Origin: Thermotogota bacterium
GTDB taxonomy: Bacteria; Bipolaricaulota; Bipolaricaulia; UBA7950; UBA9294
Length of the DNA: 20,007 bases
Direction: 5' to 3'
NCBI GenBank assembly: GCA_039679545.1
Contig: JBDKUT010000046.1
Coordinates: 1-20,007, forward strand
Shown here: piece after piece, positions 8,814 through 16,717 of the stretch
Numbering within the stretch: the stretch's first letter is position 1
How the letters are laid out: every line of letters begins with the position of its first letter
Translations under genes and position numbers: made by a program
The notes under the pieces: model-generated
Told to the model about the DNA's origin: nothing
The model's input: the letters and a program-made list of their open reading frames with translations, nothing else
The model's database searches: none

Positions 8814-9671
8814 ATGGTCGAGCTGCAATCGGTCGATGTGAGCAGGGTCCACGCGGCGTTTCTCGAAGCGTTCGCCGACTACGCCATGGGCTCCCCCGCG
8901 GACCTCACCGAGGAGCGCCTACTTCTGCGGATGCGGAAGAACGCCGTGGACTACGGTCTATCCGTCGGCGCGTACGAGGGTGGACGGATGGTTGGGTTCA
9001 CCCTCATCGGCGTCGATGCGTGGGGCGGCCGCCGGGTCGCCTACGACGCCGGCACGGGAATCCTCCCCGCATACCGCGGCCGCGGGCTGGCCCGCGGCAT
9101 GTTCGAACACGCTCTCTCCACGCTCGTCGACCGAGGCGTCGAGGAGTTCGTTCTCGAAGTGCTGCAGGAGAACGCGCCGGCGATCAAGGCCTACAAGAAG
9201 GCGGGCTTCATGACGGCGCGGGAGCTTCGTTCCTTTGTTGCACCCATCTCGGCGATCACCGGAAGTGCGCCATCCGAATGGGCTCTGCACCCCATCGATC
9301 CCGCGCAGTTCGAGCGCGTCGCGAAGGAGATCGATTGGCTGCCGTCCTTTGAGAACCGTGTTTCCGCGGTGCGTTCGATACCGGACGACGTCTCGCTGGT
9401 CGGAGCGTTCGACGGAGAGGAGTGCATCGGAGCCTATGCGTACTCTGCACCTCTGCGTTGGCTCCTCTCGCTCGTGGTGCGACGATCTCACCGCCGTCAC
9501 GGGGCGGGCCGTGCTCTCCTCGTTCACGCGGCGGAGCACGTTCCGGAAGGCGTGACGCGCGTCGCTGCGCTGAACGTCGATGGGGCGGACCTTGGGATGC
9601 AGGAGTTCCTCACCCGACTTGGGTTCACCCCGCTCGTCGACCAGTTCGAGATGAGACGCCCCATCTCCTAG
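8814..9671 (+). CDS. Tandem GNAT-family N-acetyltransferase (~285 aa)
   Basis: AFLEAFADY N-terminus; two acetyl-CoA motif A copies (GILPAYRGRGLA and VRRSHRRHGAG); LEVLQENAPAIKAYKKAGF. Start trimmed to ATG 8814 because the longer ORF overlaps the upstream antisense gene. Confidence 0.88.
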   Translation: MVELQSVDVSRVHAAFLEAFADYAMGSPADLTEERLLLRMRKNAVDYGLSVGAYEGGRMVGFTLIGVDAWGGRRVAYDAGTGILPAYRGRGLARGMFEHALSTLVDRGVEEFVLEVLQENAPAIKAYKKAGFMTARELRSFVAPISAITGSAPSEWALHPIDPAQFERVAKEIDWLPSFENRVSAVRSIPDDVSLVGAFDGEECIGAYAYSAPLRWLLSLVVRRSHRRHGAGRALLVHAAEHVPEGVTRVAALNVDGADLGMQEFLTRLGFTPLVDQFEMRRPIS

Positions 9672-9741
9672 GCGCCCGGACCATCCTGGGCATCCCCAAG
9701 GCGCCCAGCTTCCTTGGCACGCCGGGGTCAAGCGCGCCCAG

Positions 9742-10002
9742 CTACTCGGTGGATGCTGCCTTGGATGAGGGCGCCATCGGCTCGCTCTCCTCGCTTCGGT
9801 TCTCTCGCGTGCCGTTCCCACAACGACCATGGTCGGTCTTGTAGTAGCCGCTCCCTCTGAACTGAACGGCGACGTGAGGGAGAAGGCGCCGAGTCTCCCG
9901 GCTGCCGCACGCCGGGCAAGCCGCGACGTCGGAGGATCCAGGAGCTTCCAGCGTCCGAAAGCGATATCTGCAAGCCTGACATTCATTTTGGCGGAGTGGC
10001 AT
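9742..10002 (-). CDS. FmdB-family zinc-ribbon protein (CxxC...CxxC, 86 aa)
   Basis: MP....ECQACRYRF...CPACGS.ETRRLL....VQFRGSGYYKTD is the FmdB/CxxC_CxxC_SSSS pattern, followed by a low-complexity tail. ATG 10002 after GGAGG. Confidence 0.88.
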   Translation of the reverse strand: MPLRQNECQACRYRFRTLEAPGSSDVAACPACGSRETRRLLPHVAVQFRGSGYYKTDHGRCGNGTRENRSEESEPMAPSSKAASTE

Positions 10003-10030
10003 GGTCCTCCCCGGCGCGAGCACAACTCAT

Positions 10031-10057
10031 CTGGCACTCTCGCATATTGACTGCCAG
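10031..10057. promoter_or_regulatory. CIRCE-like element (HrcA operator)
   Basis: CTGGCACTC-N9-GACTGCCAG versus consensus TTAGCACTC-N9-GAGTGCTAA. Exact 9-9-9 geometry, located immediately downstream of a -10 box. Confidence 0.8.
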
Positions 10058-10058
10058 A

Positions 10059-10087
10059 ATCCTACCAGAGCCCTTCCTGTTCTTCAA
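10059..10087 (-). promoter_or_regulatory. Sigma70/sigmaA promoter of the zinc-ribbon gene
   Basis: Minus strand: TTGAAG (10087-10082), 17-nt spacer ending TGG (extended -10 TGn), TAGGAT (10064-10059). Confidence 0.75.
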
Positions 10088-10139
10088 CCACGTTTGTGTA
10101 TCTGTCGAGGGCGGCACAACCTGCAGCTGGGAGAACAAC

Positions 10140-10790
10140 TCACGCGGCGCGCGCGAGCCTGAATCCTTGTGACAGGCGACGCACGAAGACAGTCCCGCCG
10201 ATCGGCCCGTCGGGGCCGAAGTAATGAGCGCAAATGCGCACGGCCTGCGCAAGACGGTCCTCGGAGGGCCTCTCTCCCGCCGCGGCCTCACGGAACGCCG
10301 CCAGCTCTCGGGACCCGCGAGGCGGGATCTGTCCGACCGAGGCGGTGTGGCGGCCCGCCAACGCGTTCTCTTCCGCGACCCACAGGGGCGACTGCCACGC
10401 GGCGAGCGCCGTAGAGTCGGTACGGCGTCCCGCGAGGAGCACCGACGGGATTCTGCCCACGTGGTCGGGCGGCGCAACGCGTCGCAACATCCATTGCAGA
10501 ACGCCGACGACTTCCGCGCGCGCGTCCTCGTACCCGATATCGATCGGGCACCGAACTTGACAGGATTGCAGGAGATCAGCGGGGTGTGCGCCACGGCAGC
10601 GGAGGCCGAGGGAGGTCAGGACGTGGCGCAACGCGTCCGTCGGACCGGCCAGGCCGATGCACAGCTCGTCGTTGAGGGCAAGTGTTTTGGGGGCGTCGTC
10701 GACCATGACCGAGAGGTCCTCGGCGAGCACGCGGCCGTCGCACGCCACGACGATATCCTGATCATCGCGCACCGCTACGACGAGACTCAT
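10140..10790 (-). CDS. Proteasome beta/HslV-like Ntn-fold protein with N-terminal Ser nucleophile (~216 aa)
   Basis: From ATG 10790: M-S1-LVVAVRDDQDIVVAC-D17-G-R19...K34-TLALNDELCIGLA-G48, which tracks T1/D17/R19/K33/G47 of proteasome beta subunits. Later segments SVLLAG, ASVG and AQAVRICAH...D.PIGG.VFVRRL also fit the fold. An in-frame ATG at 10820 has no RBS. Confidence 0.7.
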   Translation of the reverse strand: MSLVVAVRDDQDIVVACDGRVLAEDLSVMVDDAPKTLALNDELCIGLAGPTDALRHVLTSLGLRCRGAHPADLLQSCQVRCPIDIGYEDARAEVVGVLQWMLRRVAPPDHVGRIPSVLLAGRRTDSTALAAWQSPLWVAEENALAGRHTASVGQIPPRGSRELAAFREAAAGERPSEDRLAQAVRICAHYFGPDGPIGGTVFVRRLSQGFRLARAA

Positions 10791-11252
10791 CTCGCCGTCA
10801 CGATACTCCGCGGACCCCATGGAAGAAAGGGACGGGTCGGAAGAGGGTACGTCTGGAGGGTTCCAGAAAATGAGGGCCGCCAGGTTGTCGCGTCTTGGCC
10901 ACGCCGTATTCCCTGGCGGTTATAGGGCTCTCAGGGACCCCCCTCACCTTTCCAGTATTCCTCCGAATTCGGCGGGCGCCCGGACAAAGCCAAGCCCAAT
11001 CGTGGACGTTCGACACCTCGCTCAAGGGGGCGTTCGATCGCCCTGTCCCGCTTGGCGAGGAGGTGGCGCACCCTGCGCCAGCGCTTCGGCCTGGGCCGAA
11101 CCGGACAGTCGTTCAGGATCTGCGGGAGCGGATTCCTTCCGGAGTCGAGGCCGCCGAGGCATCCTTTGGAGGATCCTTCGACACGGCATTGCGTGCAGCC
11201 TCGACGAAGCGATCGACGCGGCGTGACATGCGCCGAGAGGAGGGGAGAACGC

Positions 11253-11885
11253 ATGAAAGGACAGCGGCGTCCTGCGTATCAAGGCGTGCTTGTCCCACAC
11301 AACACGGGGCACGGCGCCATCGGGTATTCGTCTCGCGAGCGACGGCGCGCGCTGCCTTGGCAGGAGTTCCTCCTGATGGGCACCCTGATCGCGTTGGTGG
11401 CTCTTGCCTACGTGCTCCTCACCGCGGAGTCTGTTCCGTCTCCGACCTTGACCATCCTCGCTCCGACTCCCGATGCCGTGATTCCGGCGGGAGCCGTGAC
11501 CGTGACGGTCCGCGCCCTTAACGCAGACCGGCTTCTCGGAAGCGAGGGATACCACTACCACTACTACCTCGACGCGGAGCCCCCGACCGCGCCAAGACAC
11601 CCTGCTCTAACGGAGTCGGCATCGTGCTTCAGCACGGGAGAGACATCTCACACGTGGAAGCTGGCGGGCTCAGGATGGCACCGACTGTCCGCGCAACTCG
11701 TCCGCGCCAACGACGCGCCGCTCTCTCCCCCCGTGGTCGTGACCGTCAACGTGCGGGTTCCCGCCTCGACGGGGGCCGCAAGTTCCACGGCGAGGCCCGG
11801 AACCCCGATCGGAGCCGGTGCCCCATCCGCGAGCGGGGTCCCCGCGGCCTCCCCCTCCAAGCCAAGTTCGGGTGGAGGCTGCTAG
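11253..11885 (+). CDS. Membrane-anchored protein with an Ig-like HxH domain (DUF4399/DUF6130-like) and a Pro/Ser/Ala/Gly tail (~210 aa)
   Basis: ATG 11253 after GAGGAGGGGAG. TM FLLMGTLIALVALAYVLL; PTLTILAP..DAVI...VTVTV; GYHYHYYLD; G.HRLSAQLV..N.APL; ends SSGGGC. Confidence 0.6.
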   Translation: MKGQRRPAYQGVLVPHNTGHGAIGYSSRERRRALPWQEFLLMGTLIALVALAYVLLTAESVPSPTLTILAPTPDAVIPAGAVTVTVRALNADRLLGSEGYHYHYYLDAEPPTAPRHPALTESASCFSTGETSHTWKLAGSGWHRLSAQLVRANDAPLSPPVVVTVNVRVPASTGAASSTARPGTPIGAGAPSASGVPAASPSKPSSGGGC

Positions 11886-11995
11886 CGGGCCGGAGCCGAT
11901 TGGCCCAAGGTCGACGACGCTCGTACTTCTCCGCTACCATCCGCTGTGCCGGTCCATCGTGCGGGTCTTGCCGCCGATTCGTCGAAGGAGAGAGC

Positions 11996-12619
11996 TTGCG
12001 GGTGTTTGGAATCGTCGGATCGATGAGGTCGAACCGCCATACAACGACCCTCGTGCGCCGCGTCGCGGAGGCGATGGAAAGCGTTTCCCCGGACCTTGAG
12101 GTCGAGGTCATCCAGGCGGCGGAGCGGACGTTCGCCCCGTGTCGGGTCACGTGCTCGCCGTACTGCTCGTCTCATCCATATCGTTGCGTGACGGCCGACG
12201 ACGTCGGCTCGGTCCTCGAGCGGATGATCGAGGCGGACGCCGTGATCCTTGGAGCGCCGCAGTACTTCCGGGCTCCGCCGGCCCACTTTCACGCCTTCAT
12301 CGAGCGGGTCCAGTCGATGTTCTTCTTCCACGAGACGGCGAAAGCCGCGCGCACGCCGTCCCCGCTGGCCGGCATCCCGTGCGGCCTTGTCGCCGTGGCC
12401 GAGTACTCGAACCCCCACGGAATCCTCGAGTACCTGCACGACTTCTCGACGCTCGTCGGGATGCGGCCGGTTCTGCTCGACAGCTTCCCGTACCTCGGCG
12501 TCGGGTCGCACGGCGATCCCGAGGATGACAACCTCTTCCGCCCTCACGAGCGGGTGCGGGAGCTCGGAATCGCGTTGGCTCGTGCGGCCGCCGCTCGACG
12601 AGAAGGGCGGTGCACATGA
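11996..12619 (+). CDS. Flavodoxin-like / iron-sulfur flavoprotein (NADPH-dependent FMN reductase family, ~207 aa)
   Basis: TTG 11996 after AAGGAG. GIVGSMRSNRHT phosphate loop, four-Cys cluster, DD...VLERMIEADAVILGAPQYF...AFIER. Confidence 0.85.
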   Translation: MRVFGIVGSMRSNRHTTTLVRRVAEAMESVSPDLEVEVIQAAERTFAPCRVTCSPYCSSHPYRCVTADDVGSVLERMIEADAVILGAPQYFRAPPAHFHAFIERVQSMFFFHETAKAARTPSPLAGIPCGLVAVAEYSNPHGILEYLHDFSTLVGMRPVLLDSFPYLGVGSHGDPEDDNLFRPHERVRELGIALARAAAARREGRCT

Positions 12620-12650
12620 CGCAAGGTAGGAACGCAAGGGAGGAAACTCC

Positions 12651-13226
12651 GTGAATGCATTGGAGGGCATTGCTTCGAGGCGCAGCATCCGCCGATTCGT
12701 GGACCGCCCTGTCCCACGGGAAACCGTGGAGGCCATCCTCCGGGCGGGAATCCAGGCCCCATCGGGAAAGAACCGTCAGCCGTGGCGGTTCGTCGTCGTC
12801 TCCGAAGACCAGCGGGCAACCATGGTGAAGATCCTGCGGGACTCCGTCGCCGAGGCGAAGCGCCGCGGCGAGAGCGCGGGAAGCGCGGAGGGGACGGCGC
12901 TCATCATGTCGCAGGCGCCGGTGACCGTGTTCGTGTTCAACTCGGAAGGCACGGATCCGTGGGTGACTCGATCCGTCGATCAGGCGTTCCAGGAACTGGT
13001 CGACGTCCAATCCGTGGGGGCGGCGATTGAGAACATGCTCCTCGCGGCGCAGGAGCTCGGCCTCGGATCTCTGTGGATCGCCGACGTCCTCTATGCCTAC
13101 GAGGAGCTCCGATCCTGGCTTGGAGAGAGAGGCCAGCTGGTCGCTGCGATCTCGTTCGGCTACGCGGGGGAGAACCCCGTCGCGCGTCCGCGGCGAGCGC
13201 TCGATGCGACCGCGCGCTGGCTGTGA
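12651..13226 (+). CDS. Nitroreductase-family protein (191 aa)
   Basis: IASRRSIRRF, APSGKNRQPWRF, AAIENMLLAAQELGLGSLW, ISFGY. GTG start after GGAGG. Confidence 0.93.
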   Translation: MNALEGIASRRSIRRFVDRPVPRETVEAILRAGIQAPSGKNRQPWRFVVVSEDQRATMVKILRDSVAEAKRRGESAGSAEGTALIMSQAPVTVFVFNSEGTDPWVTRSVDQAFQELVDVQSVGAAIENMLLAAQELGLGSLWIADVLYAYEELRSWLGERGQLVAAISFGYAGENPVARPRRALDATARWL

Positions 13227-13366
13227 GTCCGCGCTACGGCGCCGCCTGGGTGGAGAACCGCGCCCCTCGGCGCGTTCTGTGGTACGAACCTCCTCGTGGC
13301 GTGGCGTTTCGAGACGTCCCTCGGACCGATGTCGATCGGCGTGTCGATGGTTGAGAAAGGAGATGC

Positions 13367-13939
13367 ATGAAGAAGTCTCTCGGGCGGAAACCGTTGGCTA
13401 TGCCTTCACCGGTGTGGGTGATCGGCACCTACGATGACGTTGGGACGCCGAATCTGATGACCGTGGCGTGGGGGGGAATCTGCTGTTCGAAGCCCCCGGC
13501 AGTCTCGATTTCCCTCCGTGAGGCGACGTACACGTACGCCTGCGTGGTTCGGCGGCGGGCGTTCACCGTGAACGTTCCGTCGGTGAGCCACGTGGCGGCC
13601 GCCGACCTCGTGGGGGTCGTCTCGGGGAGAGAGGGCGACAAGTTTGCGGCCGCCGGCCTCACGCCCGTCCCGAGCGACCTCGTGGATGCGCCGTACGTGA
13701 AAGAGTTCCCTTTGAACCTGGAGTGCCGACTCCTCGACTCACTTAACCTCGGACTGCACACGCTGTTCGTCGGCGAGATCGTCGACGTGAAGGCGGACGA
13801 AGAGGTCCTCGACGGCGAGGGATACCCATCCGTGGCCGGCGTCCGCCCGTTCACGTTCGTCGTGACCGAGGAGAGCTACTACGCGCTTGGCGACCGGATC
13901 GGCCCGGCGTTTGCCGCCAAGAAGGTCGCGGCTTTGTAG
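13367..13939 (+). CDS. flr: Flavoredoxin (flavin reductase-like FMN-binding split barrel, 190 aa)
   Basis: MKKSLG...P.PVWVIGTYD..G.PNLMTVAWGGICCSKPP..ISLREATYTY...AFTVNVP...SGREGDKF...VDAPYVKEFP.NLEC...GLHTLFVGEI closely follows Desulfovibrio-type flavoredoxin as I recall it. RBS AAGGAG. Confidence 0.85.
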   Translation: MKKSLGRKPLAMPSPVWVIGTYDDVGTPNLMTVAWGGICCSKPPAVSISLREATYTYACVVRRRAFTVNVPSVSHVAAADLVGVVSGREGDKFAAAGLTPVPSDLVDAPYVKEFPLNLECRLLDSLNLGLHTLFVGEIVDVKADEEVLDGEGYPSVAGVRPFTFVVTEESYYALGDRIGPAFAAKKVAAL

Positions 13940-13963
13940 ACCGAGTCGACCTCAAGGAGAAAC

Positions 13964-15250
13964 ATGGCACGAGCTTGGGACCCGGTTCGTTGGCGATCAG
14001 CCTTCTTCACGATTTGGACGGGGCAAGCATTCTCCCTCTTTGGAAGTCAGCTGGTCCAGTTCGCCCTCGTCTGGTGGCTCACCCAGACGACCGGTTCGGC
14101 CACCGTCCTCGCCGGGGCGACGCTCATTGCGCTTTTGCCCCAGATCCTCGTCGCCCCCCTCGTCGGTGCCTTCGTCGATCGCCGAGATCGGCGATGGGTG
14201 ATGGTCCTCGCGGACGGCGGGATTGCCCTCGCAACACTCGGCCTCGCCCTCCTGTTCGCCTTCGGAGTCGCCCAAGTCTGGCATGTGTATCTGGCCCTCC
14301 TGGTTCGATCGACGGGAGGAGCTTTCCATTGGCCGGCGATGCAGTCGTCCACGGCGATGATGGTTCCCGAACGCCATCTGGCGAGAATCGGTGGCCTGAA
14401 CCAGAGCCTCTACGGGCTCTCTTCGATCGTGGCCCCGCCTCTGGGTGCGCTCCTGCTTGCCTGCCTGCCGATGCACAGCATCCTCGCCATCGACGTCGCG
14501 ACGGCCGTGGTGGCGATCGTGCCGCTCCTCGGCCTTCGAATTCCCTCCCTCTCCCTGGATCCGTCCGCCGCGACGAGGCCCTCGGTCTTCGCCGACCTCC
14601 GAGTTGGATTTCGCTTCGTCGCCGCGTGGCGCCCTCTCCTTGTGATCATCACGGCGGCGGCGGTCATCAACCTGTTTGCGAATCCGGCCGTGTCGCTCCT
14701 GCCGGTTCTGGTCACGCGCCACTTCGGCGGCGGCGCGCTTCAGCTTGCTCAGTTGGAGTCGGTCTTCGGGGTGGGTGTTGTCATCGGCGGGGTTCTGCTC
14801 GGGGTTTTGGGCGGGTTCAAGCGGCGGATGGTTACGGCCATGGCCTCACTCTTCCTTCAAGGGATCGGCTTCGCAGTGGTCGGGCTCCTTCCTGGAACCG
14901 GGCTCGCGGCGGCTACGGTCGCGATGGCGTTGATCGGACTCATGAACCCGATCTGCAACGGAGCGCTGTTCGCGGCGATCCAGGCGAGGGTTCCGCACGA
15001 AATGCAGGGCCGCGTTCTGTCGCTCCTGGCAAGCGGCGCGGCGGCCGCTTCCCCGCTCGGGCTCCTCGCGGCCGGCCCCCTGGCCGACCGGTTCGGAGTG
15101 CCGATTTGGTACGCTGTGGCGGGCACGGTGATGGTTGCCGTCAGCCTGCTTGTGACCGCCATCCCGAGGGTCGTCCGCTTCGAAACCGATCGAGGTCCGG
15201 GAGGCGGCGCGCCGCCTCACGCCGACGGTCCCCCGGCGGCCGCGGCCTGA
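13964..15250 (+). CDS. MFS transporter, DHA3/Mef-like efflux family (428 aa)
   Basis: FFTIWTGQAFSLFGSQLVQFALVWWLT..TGSA, motif A GAFVDRRDRR, about 12 hydrophobic segments, VPHEMQGRV. RBS AAGGAG. Confidence 0.9.
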   Translation: MARAWDPVRWRSAFFTIWTGQAFSLFGSQLVQFALVWWLTQTTGSATVLAGATLIALLPQILVAPLVGAFVDRRDRRWVMVLADGGIALATLGLALLFAFGVAQVWHVYLALLVRSTGGAFHWPAMQSSTAMMVPERHLARIGGLNQSLYGLSSIVAPPLGALLLACLPMHSILAIDVATAVVAIVPLLGLRIPSLSLDPSAATRPSVFADLRVGFRFVAAWRPLLVIITAAAVINLFANPAVSLLPVLVTRHFGGGALQLAQLESVFGVGVVIGGVLLGVLGGFKRRMVTAMASLFLQGIGFAVVGLLPGTGLAAATVAMALIGLMNPICNGALFAAIQARVPHEMQGRVLSLLASGAAAASPLGLLAAGPLADRFGVPIWYAVAGTVMVAVSLLVTAIPRVVRFETDRGPGGGAPPHADGPPAAAA

Positions 15251-15270
15251 GCCCACTCGCGATCTGGGAC

Positions 15271-15300
15271 GAAAGAGACGGGGCCCTCATGAGGGCCCCG
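15271..15300 (-). terminator. Intrinsic terminator downstream of the left GDH gene
   Basis: Perfect 22-nt palindrome cggggccctcatgagggccccg (15279-15300), followed on the minus strand by TCTCTTTC. It lies between convergent genes. Confidence 0.7.
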
Positions 15301-15335
15301 CCGTCGAATCACTTCTTCGGCGCAAGAGCGAGCAA

Positions 15336-16610
15336 CTATGGGAAGATGCCGCGCCGGGTGTAGACCGTGTGGAGCCGACGCAGGGCGACGATGTAGGCCG
15401 CTGTCCGCCAGTCGGTCTTGAATTCTGCTGCCGCAGCCCGGACTCGTGCGTATCCGCCGAGGATGCGCCGACGGAGCTTTGCGTCCACCTCTTCGAGGTC
15501 CCACGACTCGCTCCGCTTGTTCTGGAGCCATTCGAAGTAGCTGACGATCACTCCGCCCGCGTTGCAGAGGATGTCAGGGATCAGGTCGATCTTCCGTTCC
15601 TGCAGGATCCGGTCGCCGTCGATGTCGGTTGGCCCGTTCGCTCCCTCGGCGACAAGCCGAACGCTGAGGAGTGGCGCAGTCTCTCTGGTGATCTGGTTCT
15701 CCAGCGCTGCGGGGACGAAGATGTCAGCTTCGGTCGCGAGAAACGCGTCGTGATCGATCGGCTTCGCCCCGGCAAACCCGGCGACGCCCCTGTGCTTCCG
15801 CACGTGCTCGCTCAGCTTCTCCGGGTCGATTCCTGATGGGCTGGCGAGCGCGCCGGTGTGATCCTCCACCGCCACGAGTACAGGGCCGAGGGCCTTCAGG
15901 ATTCTCGCTGTCCACGATCCGACGTTCCCGAATCCCTGGACCATGTACGTCGCCCTGGTCAGGTCGAAGGATCGATCCTTGGCCCACTGCTCGATGCAGT
16001 ATGCGATCCCTTGGCCGGTCGCCTTCTCTCGTCCCAAGCTCCCGCCGGCTTCGATGGGTTTCCCGGTCACCACGTGCAGACAGCGGTTTCGCTCCTGCGG
16101 CGGCATCATGGACAGGTAGGTGTCCAGGATCCACGCCATGGTTTGCGCGTTCGTGTTCACGTCGGGCGCAGGAATGTCGTACTCGGGACCGATGTTGCCT
16201 CCAAGGGCGAAGGCGAAGCGCCGAGTCAGGCGCTCGAGCTCCGCCGGGGAGTAGGTGGCCGGATCGCACTGGACGCCGCCCTTAGCTCCTCCAAACGGGA
16301 TGTCGACAATTGCCGACTTCCACGTCATCCACGTCGCCAGAGCTCGCACCTCGTCGATGTCCACCGCAGGATGGTAACGGAGGCCACCCTTGTACGGCCC
16401 GAGGGCGTTGTTGTGCTGCACTCGGTACCCTGTGAACATCTCGACCTCGCCGCTGTCGAGTCTTACCGGAAAGTGCACCACGACTTCGTTGGTCGTCGTA
16501 GACAGAATCTTCCGAACTGCCGCATCGAGTCCCATGGAGTCCGCGGCGCGGTTGAACTGCAGAACGACGTTGTCATAGACGCTGCCAGTTGCATGCCGAT
16601 CTGCCGACAT
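15336..16610 (-). CDS. gdhA: Glutamate dehydrogenase (Glu/Leu/Phe/Val dehydrogenase family), paralog 1 (~424 aa)
   Basis: GYRVQH, GPYKGGLRYHP, MTWKSA...PFGGAKGG, DIPAPD, VTGKP...GGSLGR..ATG, QGFGNVG, EGANGP, NAGGVIVSYFEW. ATG 16610 after AGGAG. Confidence 0.95.
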   Translation of the reverse strand: MSADRHATGSVYDNVVLQFNRAADSMGLDAAVRKILSTTTNEVVVHFPVRLDSGEVEMFTGYRVQHNNALGPYKGGLRYHPAVDIDEVRALATWMTWKSAIVDIPFGGAKGGVQCDPATYSPAELERLTRRFAFALGGNIGPEYDIPAPDVNTNAQTMAWILDTYLSMMPPQERNRCLHVVTGKPIEAGGSLGREKATGQGIAYCIEQWAKDRSFDLTRATYMVQGFGNVGSWTARILKALGPVLVAVEDHTGALASPSGIDPEKLSEHVRKHRGVAGFAGAKPIDHDAFLATEADIFVPAALENQITRETAPLLSVRLVAEGANGPTDIDGDRILQERKIDLIPDILCNAGGVIVSYFEWLQNKRSESWDLEEVDAKLRRRILGGYARVRAAAAEFKTDWRTAAYIVALRRLHTVYTRRGIFP

Positions 16611-16649
16611 GATTGCTCCTTTCCTGGATATCAGAACTGCCGAATGGCA

Positions 16650-16708
16650 TGTCAAGGAACGCTACCCGCGCATGATCATCTTGACAAGTGACACTCTCTG
16701 CGTACGCT
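16650..16708. promoter_or_regulatory. Back-to-back divergent promoter elements
   Basis: Plus strand: TTGACA (16681-16686), 16 nt, TACGCT (16703-16708), pointing to the ATG at 16718. Minus strand: TTGACA (16655-16650) pointing to gdh paralog 1, with only a weak -10 candidate. Confidence 0.55.
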
Positions 16709-16717
16709 TGGTGAACG

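Noticed and set aside
9672..9741. Terminator between the convergent GNAT and zinc-ribbon genes
   Set aside because: Only short imperfect GC stems, with no U-tract on either strand.
10895..10945. TPP riboswitch (CUGAGA, minus strand) or glycine riboswitch (CUCUCAGG, plus strand)
   Set aside because: TPP P3 and CCUGAU...AGGGAA are missing, glycine GGAGA/CCGAAG are missing, and the adjacent genes do not fit. Kept only as an unassigned structure.
11050..11100. ZMP/ZTP (pfl) riboswitch-like pieces TGGCG, GGTGG, GCCTGGGC; also a possible tRNA
   Set aside because: The CCAC..GGGAG core is missing, and there is no T-loop or 7-nt anticodon loop.
11125..11150. SRP RNA helix 8-like CCGGAAGGAA on the minus strand
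   Set aside because: The flanking CAGG and GCAGC of the SRP internal loop are absent.
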